Origin: Armatimonadota bacterium
Lineage (GTDB): Bacteria; Armatimonadota; SYMT01
Assembly (NCBI GenBank): GCA_041690135.1
Contig: JAWLHY010000008.1
Coordinates: 192,001-256,000 of the forward strand
Length of the DNA stretch: 64,000 bases
Direction of reading: 5' to 3'
In this document: positions 18,273 through 27,814 of the stretch, in pieces
How the letters are laid out: each line of letters opens with the position of its first letter
Numbering within the stretch: the stretch's first letter is position 1
Translations under genes and position numbers: made by a program
The notes under the pieces: generated by a model
What the model was told of the DNA's origin: nothing
Seen by the model: the letters and a program-made list of their open reading frames with translations, nothing else
Databases searched by the model: none

Positions 18273-19370
18273 TCAAACATGGGCGTGCGCGGCGATTTCC
18301 TGGATCGCCGCCGCGGCCACCTGGGCACCGTCAAGTGGGGGAGGGTTTACCGCCCCCCGGCCCGCCAGTGCACGATCGACGGCCTCCCTCCATTCGCCGT
18401 TCCGGAAGGCGGTCATTTCGATACGCTGGGAGGAGAGCTTCCCCGGCATGTCTCGCTCGAGGATCTCATACTCTGGGAAGCCAAAGCGTGGGGGGTAGAC
18501 CAGTGCCGTCCCGGCGGCGATACAGTCCGATACGATGCCGTACCCCAGTTTGGCAATCATCACATCGCAAAGACTGAGCAACTCCAGGAAACGCGCGCCC
18601 CACTCCGGTCCCAGTACGCGGGCTTGGAGTCCCAGTTCTCCTCCGGGGTTGCCCAAGACGAGGATCATGAAGGCGCCGGAGGCGAGGAGGTCGCTCTTCC
18701 GCAGGGCCTCGAAGTCGAACATCCTGCCGCCCACCAGGACGACGGGCCGGCCGTTCTCCTGGTCGAGTCCCAATTCCTGGCGGACCCGGCTTCCTTCGTG
18801 CGGGGCACGCACCAGGAGGGGGATGTCCCGCTTCCTGGGGAACGCCGGCATCTCCTCATGGAAGGGCAGCCGTAAGAGGAGCGTGGTCTGCTGGTAGTCG
18901 TCTTGGAGGGAATTCAGCACCCAGCGGTACTCCGGGTGTTCTTCCACGAAGGGGGTGTAGATGAAGTCCCAGCCGAAGTTGCTCACCGCGACCACCGGCA
19001 CCCCACAGCGCCGCCCGGTCTCCGCGGCCGGAGCGGGAATATCACAGACGATGACGTCGATCCCGTGCGCGCGGACGTAGGCTGCCTCTTCCTCCAGGAT
19101 GCTTGTGCGGTTCTCGTGCAGTCGTGCGTACTGCTGCAGCGTGATCAGCGGTTCCTGGTGGAACAGATCGCGTTCCACCACGCCGGTGTCAATCTGCGCG
19201 CGCCCGTAGACGAGCTCCCCCGAAACGTCCTGCGCGAGTACGCCATGCGGCACGCAGGTACGCACGTGCAGCCGCAAGCCCGGAACGCCGGCTCGGAGTT
19301 CCTGCATCAACGCTATCTGGCGGGTTGCGTGGCCCAATCCATGTCCCGAGATGTAGAAAAGGAGATCCAT
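18273..19370 (-). CDS. GT-B glycosyltransferase-like protein (resembles N-terminal domain of plant L-arabinokinase)
   Basis: YISGHGLGHATR, SNFGWDFIY, AKLGYGIVSDC, RFGFPE. Confidence 0.85.
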   Translation of the reverse strand: MDLLFYISGHGLGHATRQIALMQELRAGVPGLRLHVRTCVPHGVLAQDVSGELVYGRAQIDTGVVERDLFHQEPLITLQQYARLHENRTSILEEEAAYVRAHGIDVIVCDIPAPAAETGRRCGVPVVAVSNFGWDFIYTPFVEEHPEYRWVLNSLQDDYQQTTLLLRLPFHEEMPAFPRKRDIPLLVRAPHEGSRVRQELGLDQENGRPVVLVGGRMFDFEALRKSDLLASGAFMILVLGNPGGELGLQARVLGPEWGARFLELLSLCDVMIAKLGYGIVSDCIAAGTALVYPPRFGFPEYEILERDMPGKLSSQRIEMTAFRNGEWREAVDRALAGRGAVNPPPLDGAQVAAAAIQEIAAHAHV

Positions 19371-19386
19371 TTCCAATGAGTATTCA

Positions 19387-19896
19387 TTAGGGCGAAGTGT
19401 AATTGTGCACTTCCACCGCCCAGTCTTCTGCCCACCGCATCAGCAGGTGACGCAGTTTCTTACCCGTCCAGCGGATCACCCATCCCGGAATGGCAATGAC
19501 GGAGGCAACGGCGATGGAGACGATGAGCCCCAAACCGGCCGCCTCGAATGGGCGCGTGTCGTGCCAAAGGTGGTACGCGGCACTTGCTACCCACAGTGAG
19601 GGAAGAAGCCATCGAAGCAGTGGCTCGGTAAGAAAGTAGCCGGACCATTCCACCAGGAACAGCGCATAGGCCGCCTTTTGTGCCATCCGGCTACGGCGAG
19701 CCCGCCAAACCTTATCGCGATACCGGGCACGCTCCAGAATGCTCGCCTTCCCGCTCGGAGACGCGGTGGTGCATTGCGCTTCCTCTGCAGTTTGCGGCTT
19801 GTGTTGGAGAGGCGAATTACCCACGAGAGTTTCTCCGAACTGACTTTTTTGGTGCCACGCTAACGCTTGACGCGGGCATCTTGTATTCTGAGTCAA
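19387..19896 (-). CDS. Hypothetical membrane protein (start uncertain)
   Basis: ORF with 2-3 hydrophobic segments filling the gap upstream of the GT gene; no motif recognised. Confidence 0.4.
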   Translation of the reverse strand: MTQNTRCPRQALAWHQKSQFGETLVGNSPLQHKPQTAEEAQCTTASPSGKASILERARYRDKVWRARRSRMAQKAAYALFLVEWSGYFLTEPLLRWLLPSLWVASAAYHLWHDTRPFEAAGLGLIVSIAVASVIAIPGWVIRWTGKKLRHLLMRWAEDWAVEVHNYTSP

Positions 19897-19956
19897 CGGT
19901 CACGATCTCGTCCGCGGTACTCGCAGGCAGTATGCGGTCCGTCCAGGAGGGTTCGA

Positions 19957-20757
19957 ATGAAACGATGGCATCTCCAGGTGGGGTTTGGCCTGGCTATGAT
20001 CGGATCGACCGTCGCGGTTGCGGCTCACGCCAGCCCTGATCCGCAGCCTCGCATCCTATCCCTTCCCTGGTTGATTATCGACCGGAACAGTGGCCGGGAT
20101 GCAGAAGCGCTGCGCAAGGAACAGCCGGACGCCGCGGCCGAGGCCGGAAGGCTTTCCATCAGCGCGCAGGCTGCCCTGGATGCGGTGATGGATCGGCATA
20201 AGCGCAGCCGGATGGTTCCTCGCGGCGAATGGGAGCCGCTCTGGACAAAGATGGGTTCCGAGAAAGTCGTGCGCAGCCGACCGGCGTGTACCGCCTGCGG
20301 AAGCGCGGAAGAGTTGGTCGCTTACGAGAGTGAGGCTCTCAAGCGCATGGCTACCTCCGTGCAGGCCGATTACGTGCTGCTGGGGGTTGCCATCGTGCCA
20401 CTCGTGTTCGAGACTCCGGCGAAGGGGGCGGAACATAAATGTCCGTCATCCACGTCGGCGACTCGCGAGCCCTACGTCATTCGCGGCCTGCTGCGGATGG
20501 TGCGAGTTGAGGACGGCAAGACCATGTGGCAAGGTGAAACCCGGTGGCCGCACTCCCGGCGCTCACCGCACAGCACCGCCATCAAGGTTGGTCCGCGTTT
20601 TGGAGGGGGTCTGGGCAGGCGACCGAAAGCTCCCGCGGTGCCTCCGGCGGCCTTCGAGGCTCGTGAGAAGATGGTGGATGCCGCTGTCCACGCGCTTGGT
20701 CATGCACTGCGTAAGGAATTCCCGGGGATGGCTACGGAACGGACGGAAGCAGAGTAG
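19957..20757 (+). CDS. Secreted hypothetical protein
   Basis: AGGAGG SD; signal peptide MKRWHLQVGFGLAMIGSTVAVAAHA; ADYVLLG and RMVRVEDGKTMW recall a CsgG/TolB-N-like alpha/beta domain. Confidence 0.7.
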   Translation: MKRWHLQVGFGLAMIGSTVAVAAHASPDPQPRILSLPWLIIDRNSGRDAEALRKEQPDAAAEAGRLSISAQAALDAVMDRHKRSRMVPRGEWEPLWTKMGSEKVVRSRPACTACGSAEELVAYESEALKRMATSVQADYVLLGVAIVPLVFETPAKGAEHKCPSSTSATREPYVIRGLLRMVRVEDGKTMWQGETRWPHSRRSPHSTAIKVGPRFGGGLGRRPKAPAVPPAAFEAREKMVDAAVHALGHALRKEFPGMATERTEAE

Positions 20758-20940
20758 GAGAAGACGCGCACGCCTGCTTTGTCCCAGGGGATCCCCGTGC
20801 GAGTGAGAGCAACGGGGCGCAACACTCCGGATACCTGGGCCGGGACGATATCCGACTGCGACATCCTGGCCTCTCTGGTGTCTCACTCGCTAACCAGATT
20901 TTAGGGCGCGACCCTCGAAGGCGGCGAAAGGATCCGGAGC

Positions 20941-23394
20941 GTGGTGAATAGAGGCGTGCAGAGACGGTTGAGTAGAACGGTGGTTCCCCTGGTAGGCCTG
21001 ATCTTCACGGGAGGGCTGCTTCAAACCGCCACCGCCACCACATCCGTCAAAGCCGGCGCGGAAGCCGTTCCCGAGAGCCGCCTTTCCGAAGAGGATCGGA
21101 CCTTTTTTGAGTCCCGGGTCCGGCCACTGCTGGCAAAACACTGCTACGCCTGCCACTCCGGCAAGACCAAGATTCTCCAGGGAGGCCTGCGCCTCGACAG
21201 CCGCGCCGCCCTGTTGAAGGGGGGCGATACAGGTCCCGCCATAGTGCCGGGGGAGCCGGATAAAAGCCCCCTCATCGAGGCTGTCCGCTTCACACGGCCG
21301 GGGTTCCAGATGCCGCCGGCGGGAAAGATGCGGGAGGCGGAGATCGCCACGCTCGTGGAATGGGTGCGGCGGGGTGCTCCCTGGCCCGGAGATCCGGCCG
21401 AGACGAAAGGGACCGCGCCGCGCCCCAGCGGCATGACCCTGGAAAAGGGAAAGCAGTTCTGGTCGCTGCGGCCCCTGCGGAAGAGTGAAACGCCCCCCGT
21501 CAAACTGAAGGGCTGGGGTTCGCGACGGATCGACACCTATCTGCTCGCGCGCCTGGAGAAGGACGGGCTCCGACCCTCACCCCCCGCCGATCGCCGCACG
21601 CTGATCCGCCGCGCGTCTTTCGACCTGACTGGCCTGCCCCCGACCCCTGAAGAGGTGGAGGCGTTCGTCGCCGACCGCCGGCCCGATGCCTACGCCGCCC
21701 TCGTCGATCGGCTGCTGGCGAGCCCCCATTACGGGGAGCGCTGGGGCCGCCACTGGCTCGACCTGGTGCGGTACTGCGACGTACCGGAGTCCTGGGCGCA
21801 GACCGAAGCCCAGCCCTGGCTCTACCGGGATTGGGTGGTGGACGCCCTGAACCAGGATCTCCCCTACGACCAATTCGTGAAGCGCCAGTTCGCGGCGGAC
21901 CTGATGCGGGGAACCACTCCGAAGGATATCGCGGCACTGGGTTACCTCGGTTTGAGCCCTTCCTACTGGAAAGAGCTCAAACTGGCGCCTGATGTCATCA
22001 AGACGGTCGTGGCGGAGGAGTGGGAAGAGCGAGTCCACACGATCACCGGTTCCCTGCTGGGCCTCACCGTCGCTTGCGCCCGGTGTCACGACCACAAGTT
22101 TGACCCGGTCTCGCAGAAGGACTATTACGGGCTGGCGGGAGTGCTTGCCAACACCCGGCTGGTATCGCGACCGCTGCTGCCGCCCGACCAGGCGGAAGCC
22201 GTGATGAAGTCGCGAAAGGAAGTCGCCGCTCTTGAGGCCCAGGCCAAGCAACTCCAGCAGATGGCGGGCAAAGAAAAGTCTAAAGCCACGGAGCTGAAAG
22301 CGAAGGCCGCCACGCTCCAGGAACGTGTGGCGGAAATCAAGCGCACCACACCGGGTTTTGACGCACCCACGGCCTATGCAGTCGATGACGCAGCCTTGCA
22401 GGTGCTTCCGGACGGCCCCGACCGCACGAAACTGGTCTATCAGGAAGGCTCTGCCTGGGATGTACCGCTTCAGTTGCGGGGAGACCCGGCCAAAGCGGGG
22501 GCCGTCGTTCCCCGGCAGTTTCTGGCCGTCCTCTCTCCCGGAGTGCCGCCGCGGTTCACCCAGGGGAGCGGCCGACTGGATTTTGCCGAAGCTGTATTTC
22601 GAGAAGGGGCACCGCTTGCCGCACGGGTGATGGTCAACCGCGTCTGGCGCCACCACTTCGGGAAAGGGCTGGTGGAAACGCCCAGTAATTTCGGAGTGCA
22701 GGGCGATCGACCGTCCCACCCCGAACTGCTGGACGACCTCGCCGCGCGTTTCATCCGGGCCGGCTGGTCTCTCAAGTGGCTCCACCGCGAGATCCTGCTC
22801 TCGTCCGCGTACCGGCAGGTGTCAGCCCCGCCGCTCGACGCGCGCGTCACCCGGGCACAATCCCTCGACCCCGAGAACCGGCTGCTCTGGCGGATGAACC
22901 GCCTGCGCCTGGAAGTGGAAGCGTGGCGCGATGGCATTCTTCGTGCGTCGGGCAATCTGGATCTGAAGCTGGGCGGCGCCCCACAGGAGCTGAGCGCTCC
23001 GCAGAACGTGCGGCGGACGCTCTATGGCGTGGTCAAGCGGCGGGAGTTGGATGACCTGCTGCGACTGTATGACTTTCCGGACCCTACCACGCACAGCCCG
23101 GCGCGGTTCCCGACGACCACGCCGCTCCAACAGCTCTACGTGTTGAACGGCGCCTTTATCGGGAGACAGGCAGAGGCGCTTCTGGCGCGGCTGCGGAAAG
23201 AGGTGCCGGAAGATCGCGATGGGCAGGTCCGGCGTGCACATCATTTGCTTTACGGCCGCCCACCCAGCGAGGTCGAGCTAAAGGCCGCGCGGAACTTCCT
23301 GGCTGGCGATGCGGTGACCCCGCCCAATGACGAGACCTGGCGGCAGTATCTGGAAGTGCTGTTGGCCCGGAATGAGATGATGTTCCTGAACTAA
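20941..23394 (+). CDS. Planctomycete cytochrome c / DUF1549 / DUF1553 (PSD1) protein
   Basis: CYACH, CARCHDHKFDP, TLIRRASFDLTGLPP, HYGERWGRHWLD, ARVMVNRVW, PSHPELLDDLA. Confidence 0.95.
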   Translation: MVNRGVQRRLSRTVVPLVGLIFTGGLLQTATATTSVKAGAEAVPESRLSEEDRTFFESRVRPLLAKHCYACHSGKTKILQGGLRLDSRAALLKGGDTGPAIVPGEPDKSPLIEAVRFTRPGFQMPPAGKMREAEIATLVEWVRRGAPWPGDPAETKGTAPRPSGMTLEKGKQFWSLRPLRKSETPPVKLKGWGSRRIDTYLLARLEKDGLRPSPPADRRTLIRRASFDLTGLPPTPEEVEAFVADRRPDAYAALVDRLLASPHYGERWGRHWLDLVRYCDVPESWAQTEAQPWLYRDWVVDALNQDLPYDQFVKRQFAADLMRGTTPKDIAALGYLGLSPSYWKELKLAPDVIKTVVAEEWEERVHTITGSLLGLTVACARCHDHKFDPVSQKDYYGLAGVLANTRLVSRPLLPPDQAEAVMKSRKEVAALEAQAKQLQQMAGKEKSKATELKAKAATLQERVAEIKRTTPGFDAPTAYAVDDAALQVLPDGPDRTKLVYQEGSAWDVPLQLRGDPAKAGAVVPRQFLAVLSPGVPPRFTQGSGRLDFAEAVFREGAPLAARVMVNRVWRHHFGKGLVETPSNFGVQGDRPSHPELLDDLAARFIRAGWSLKWLHREILLSSAYRQVSAPPLDARVTRAQSLDPENRLLWRMNRLRLEVEAWRDGILRASGNLDLKLGGAPQELSAPQNVRRTLYGVVKRRELDDLLRLYDFPDPTTHSPARFPTTTPLQQLYVLNGAFIGRQAEALLARLRKEVPEDRDGQVRRAHHLLYGRPPSEVELKAARNFLAGDAVTPPNDETWRQYLEVLLARNEMMFLN

Positions 23395-23405
23395 CCGACT
23401 CTGGA

Positions 23406-24029
23406 TCAGGCCAACTCTTCTCGCGGAACTTGTCGGCGCAGCGGCTTTTCGGGGAGGTCGATTTCCCGGTAGACAGCGGGTAGATCCAGGGTGCAGGAAA
23501 TCGAAGAAAGGGCGAGACTGCCCTCCGGATCCATGCACCGGGTATAGGTCCACTCGGTGTCGCCTTCCTGGCGGGTGAAGCGTTCGATGCACTTCTGGTG
23601 GGAACTCACGAGAACGTACTCGCGGAGTGATGAGATCAGGGAATAGTGGGCGAATTTATCCCCACGGTCGTAGGCCTCCGTGCTCTCGGAGAGCACTTCG
23701 ATGATCACGATCGGGTTGAGGAGATTCTGGCGGGACTGTGGATCATACCGGGCCGGGCCGCAAACAATCGAAATGTCGGGGTAAGTACGCAAACCGGTGG
23801 CTTCGATCAACACCCGTTGATCGCTGTTGTAGGGTCGGCACGGACGTTCGCGAAGCTGGATGTACAGCTCGCAAAGGGCGTTGACCGCGATCAGACTGTG
23901 CTCCGGCGTGCCGACAGCCATACCGTATACCGTGCCGTTGAAGTACTCGCTTTTCGAGGGCGCAGTTGCTTCGCGCGCGAGGTACTCCTCGACGGGGATA
24001 TAGGGTTGGGCTTCCAGGCACATGGTCAT
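23406..24029 (-). CDS. Uma2 (DUF820) PD-(D/E)xK-like endonuclease family protein
   Basis: EEYL, KSEYFNG..YGM, YPDISIVC, IEVLSESTEAYDRGDKF..Y, LREYVLV. Confidence 0.93.
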   Translation of the reverse strand: MTMCLEAQPYIPVEEYLAREATAPSKSEYFNGTVYGMAVGTPEHSLIAVNALCELYIQLRERPCRPYNSDQRVLIEATGLRTYPDISIVCGPARYDPQSRQNLLNPIVIIEVLSESTEAYDRGDKFAHYSLISSLREYVLVSSHQKCIERFTRQEGDTEWTYTRCMDPEGSLALSSISCTLDLPAVYREIDLPEKPLRRQVPREELA

Positions 24030-24102
24030 ATTCCGGGCGGTCGGCTAACGTAAGGTTAAATGGGTTTCCTCGGGAAGTCCACCGGAAGGGGAGGGTTGAG
24101 GC

Positions 24103-25557
24103 GTGAAGGATAGGGATGCCGAAAAATTGGCGGAAACGTGCGGGCCGAGAGCGATTGGCACCCGTCGCGAGTTGCTGCGCACGCTCGGTGGCGGCCTCGG
24201 GAGCGTGGGTCTCGCCACCGTCCTGGGCGGCCGGGAGAGCTTAGCCGCACCCTCCACTCTCCGCTCCTCACCCTCCACCCCCCAGGCTTCCCGCTCCACC
24301 CGGAAGCCCCACGCATTGCCCCGGGTGAAGCGCATCATCCACCTTTTCATGAACGGCGGGCCGTTCCAGGGCGACTTCTTCGATCCTAAGCCCGCGATCA
24401 ACAAGTACGCGGGACAGCGCCCGGCGGAGGTCCAACTCCGCACGGAAAATGCGACCGGCGGCCTGATGCCGGTGCCCTTCGGCTATCAGCCCCACGGCAA
24501 GAGTGGCCTGGAGATCAGCGATCTGCTGCCGCGGTTCGCCGAGTTCGCGGACGACATCTGCGTCCTGCGAGGCTGCTATACGGACAATCCCAACCACGGG
24601 CCCGCGTTGTTTATGATGAACAACGGGAGCATCACGCCCACCCGGCCCAGCATGGGTTCCTGGATGCTCTACGGCCTGGGCACGGAGAACCAGAACCTTC
24701 CGGGCTATGTAGTGCTCTGCCCAGGTCGCCCCGTGCGCTTCTCGGAGCTCTGGACGAACTCCTTCCTGCCGGGGGAATTCCAGGGAACGTACATCAACCA
24801 CTCCAACCTGAGCCCGCAGCAGATGATCCCGTTCCTGCGCCACCGTAGCCGGAGTCCGGAAGCACAGAAGCGCCAGTTGGAGCTGCTGCGTCAACTGGAG
24901 CAGGAGCACGCGGAAAGCGTGGGAAGAGATGCCGCCCTGGAAGCGCGGGTCAAGGCGATGGAGACGGCGTTCCGCATGCAGTTCGCCGCGACCGACGCCT
25001 TCGATCTCTCGCGGGAGCCCCAAGCGATCCGGGAGGAGTACGGGACCACCCATTTCTCTAATGGCTGCCTGATCGCGCGGCGGCTCGCGGAACGCGGGGT
25101 GAGACTGGTGCAGGTCTACTACGGGAATGGCCAGCCCTGGGACACGCACTCGAACCACGACGCGCAGACCCGCAAGCTGGCGCAGGACATCGATCGCCCC
25201 ATGGCGGCGCTGCTCCGCGACCTGAAGCGCCGGGGCCTACTTGAAGACACGCTCGTAATCTGGGGAGGAGAGTTTGGCCGCACTCCCACCACGGAAGGCG
25301 GCAACGGCCGCGACCACAACCATTACGGATTCAACATGTGGTTGGCCGGTGGCGGAGTACGCGGCGGCTTCGCCCACGGTGCTACGGACGACTTTGGTTT
25401 CCGGGCCGTCCAGGGGCGCGTGCACATCCACGACCTGCACGCTACCGTCTTGCACATGCTCGGCCTGGATCACGAACGGCTGACGTATCGCTACGCCGGA
25501 CGGGACTTCCGCCTTACCGACGTGGAAGGGCACGTGGTGAAGGAGATCCTGGCGTAA
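24103..25557 (+). CDS. DUF1501 domain protein (PSD1 partner type)
   Basis: TRRELL, IHLFMNGGP, WDTH, WGGEFGRTP, GRDHN, GRDFRLTDVEGHVV. Confidence 0.93.
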   Translation: MKDRDAEKLAETCGPRAIGTRRELLRTLGGGLGSVGLATVLGGRESLAAPSTLRSSPSTPQASRSTRKPHALPRVKRIIHLFMNGGPFQGDFFDPKPAINKYAGQRPAEVQLRTENATGGLMPVPFGYQPHGKSGLEISDLLPRFAEFADDICVLRGCYTDNPNHGPALFMMNNGSITPTRPSMGSWMLYGLGTENQNLPGYVVLCPGRPVRFSELWTNSFLPGEFQGTYINHSNLSPQQMIPFLRHRSRSPEAQKRQLELLRQLEQEHAESVGRDAALEARVKAMETAFRMQFAATDAFDLSREPQAIREEYGTTHFSNGCLIARRLAERGVRLVQVYYGNGQPWDTHSNHDAQTRKLAQDIDRPMAALLRDLKRRGLLEDTLVIWGGEFGRTPTTEGGNGRDHNHYGFNMWLAGGGVRGGFAHGATDDFGFRAVQGRVHIHDLHATVLHMLGLDHERLTYRYAGRDFRLTDVEGHVVKEILA

Positions 25558-25560
25558 CGC

Positions 25561-26424
25561 CTACCGGAAGCCACCACCGCCCTGCCGGTCGTAACCGAGG
25601 CGCTCCATCAACGGACCCGCCAGCGCGTCGATGGCCCGCTTATCTTCATCGCTCAACCGGGCGATGCTCTTGGCGTTGAGGTTCTGGAGACCCGTGGTGC
25701 TGCCGTCGATGCTGTGCGCACTCACCTCGCCGAAAAGTTTCCGGTCGAACGGCTGGGCGAGGTTGAGAAACTTCTCCATCCGCGTCAGCGTGCCTTCCGG
25801 CTCGCCCGTCAATTCCTCGTAGGTGAAGAAGAAGGACTGGTCGAGCTTCTCCAGGTCGGTCAGCAGGATCTCCATGCAGGTCGCCCAATGACGGGCCGCG
25901 GTTTCAATGTCGCAGTCCATGCGGCGCCGGATTCCCTCGCAGGTGGCGTAAGGATGCCGTACGATGGAGACGAACTTCGCCGGGCGGAAATAGCGCTGCA
26001 GCCAGCGAGAGCGGATGGTGTTCGGTGGGCTCTTTTCCAGAAGATAACCGGAACGCCGGGGGTAGTGCCGCGCCCAGTCGAACTTGGCGCGGTCCGCGGG
26101 CCAGACGTCGTCTTCCTCGGTCCAGCGGAATACATCGAGCTGCAGGCTCCAGAGGCGGACGGCGTCGATCCGGAACGGACACGGCAGGCCTTTGGTCAGG
26201 TGGTGCCCTTCTTTAGGCAGTCCGCGGATCTCCGGATGCTCTTGAAGGAGGTTGCTGAGGAGGGTGGTGCCGGAGTTGTTGGGTCCCAGGATGAACAGCC
26301 ACCCATATTTTGGATCCACTCCCAGCCGCCGGTCGAGCCAGGCGCTGCGGCCGCCATTCACCATACCCGTCGCCGTCCAGCAAAGACGGTCCACGGGGCG
26401 AAGCTTGCTGATATTGATGCCCAT
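25561..26424 (-). CDS. Sulfotransferase family protein
   Basis: FILGPNNSGTTLL (PAPS loop variant), EKSP, IVRHP, YEEL. Confidence 0.85.
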   Translation of the reverse strand: MGINISKLRPVDRLCWTATGMVNGGRSAWLDRRLGVDPKYGWLFILGPNNSGTTLLSNLLQEHPEIRGLPKEGHHLTKGLPCPFRIDAVRLWSLQLDVFRWTEEDDVWPADRAKFDWARHYPRRSGYLLEKSPPNTIRSRWLQRYFRPAKFVSIVRHPYATCEGIRRRMDCDIETAARHWATCMEILLTDLEKLDQSFFFTYEELTGEPEGTLTRMEKFLNLAQPFDRKLFGEVSAHSIDGSTTGLQNLNAKSIARLSDEDKRAIDALAGPLMERLGYDRQGGGGFR

Positions 26425-26601
26425 AGCTGCCCGGTGTACCGGCCGAGCCCCCAAACAGCGGAAGCAAGCGGCCATTAGAAGTCCCAATCGGGCAAGTATA
26501 CTGCGGTCGCCACATCGGCGTAAAGAAGGAGCGCCGACTACCGCCTGTTGAAGCATTCCGTGTATCCGGTCCGATGAGCGCGCCGCACGAAAGGAACCAC
26601 C

Positions 26602-27807
26602 ATGTCCGAACGATTTGAGAACGAAGCTAATTCAACTCGGACTTCTCGCCGCACGCTGCTGCAAGCCGGCGGCGGAGCCCTGGCGGCTGCCGGCGCCGGT
26701 TTGCTATCTTCCCCAAGCCCGGCGACCGCTCAAGCCGCGGCGGAACTTCAGGAAGAGTGGCGCAACCGCCGAACCGGAATGGCCTATCGCCGGCTGGGCC
26801 GCACGGGGATGATGATCTCCGAGGTGGTGTGTGGCGGCGATCCCATCGCCAGCGACAACTACCGCCACATCGAGATCGCGTTCGAGATGGGCCTCAACTA
26901 TCTCGACATGGCGCCGCAGTACGGCCAAGGTGATTGCGAGCGGGCCTATGGAAAGTTGCTGTCGACCACTTCGGTCAAGCGCGACCAGGTGTTCCTTACC
27001 ACCAAGGCCAGCGGTTTCACCCAGTTCCGAGAGCGGATGTACCAGGACATTTTCAAGGGTCTCCCCGGCGAGAAACAGTCCGCCATCCTCAAGCGCGCGG
27101 AGGAGATGCGCCACGAGCGCGCCGTTGAGAAGCCCGGTTACTACCTCACCTACTTCCCGAACCAGCAGAAGCAGTTCGACCCCGCGTACGTCCGGGTGTC
27201 GATGATGCAGGACTATGCGCACAAGGTGGAGGGAAGCCCAGAGTTGCGGAAGTACATCACGGAGTCGCTGGAAGGCAGCTTGAAGCGGGTGGGGACCGAC
27301 CACTTCGACCTGCTGATGTGCCCGCACGGCGCGAATACCCCGGAAGAGCTGCAGTGCGCCGAGATCATCGAGACGTTCCGCCGGCTGAAACAGCAGGGGA
27401 AGGTCCGCTTCCTTGGGGTGACGGCCCACAACGATCCCGCCGGGATCCTCCGCACGGCCGCCGACCTGGGACATTATGACGCCGTGATGATGGCGTATAA
27501 CGTCATCAACGGCGGTTACGTGGAGGACGCCATCCGGCACGCGCACAGCCGGGGCGTGGGGGTGATCGCGATGAAGGCGGCGCACGCCGTGGCCACGCAT
27601 CACAAGGCGCTCCAGCCGGTTCCCTCCTGGAGGATCGAGAAGATCCACCGGATCATCCCTGGAGAGATGAAAGCGCCCGTGAAGGCGTACCTCTGGGCAC
27701 TCCAGAACCCGCACATCTCCGCCGTGATTTCCAACCTGTGGGACGAGAGTTACATCCGCGAGAACCTGGCCATCGCAGGCAAGAAGGTTGAGCTCCAGCA
27801 CGCCTGA
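26602..27807 (+). CDS. Aldo/keto reductase with Tat signal
   Basis: SRRTLLQ signal; YRRLGRTG, LDMAPQYG, TTK, GKVRFLGVTAH, IAMK; AAGGA SD. Confidence 0.9.
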   Translation: MSERFENEANSTRTSRRTLLQAGGGALAAAGAGLLSSPSPATAQAAAELQEEWRNRRTGMAYRRLGRTGMMISEVVCGGDPIASDNYRHIEIAFEMGLNYLDMAPQYGQGDCERAYGKLLSTTSVKRDQVFLTTKASGFTQFRERMYQDIFKGLPGEKQSAILKRAEEMRHERAVEKPGYYLTYFPNQQKQFDPAYVRVSMMQDYAHKVEGSPELRKYITESLEGSLKRVGTDHFDLLMCPHGANTPEELQCAEIIETFRRLKQQGKVRFLGVTAHNDPAGILRTAADLGHYDAVMMAYNVINGGYVEDAIRHAHSRGVGVIAMKAAHAVATHHKALQPVPSWRIEKIHRIIPGEMKAPVKAYLWALQNPHISAVISNLWDESYIRENLAIAGKKVELQHA

Positions 27808-27814
27808 TCCCGCA

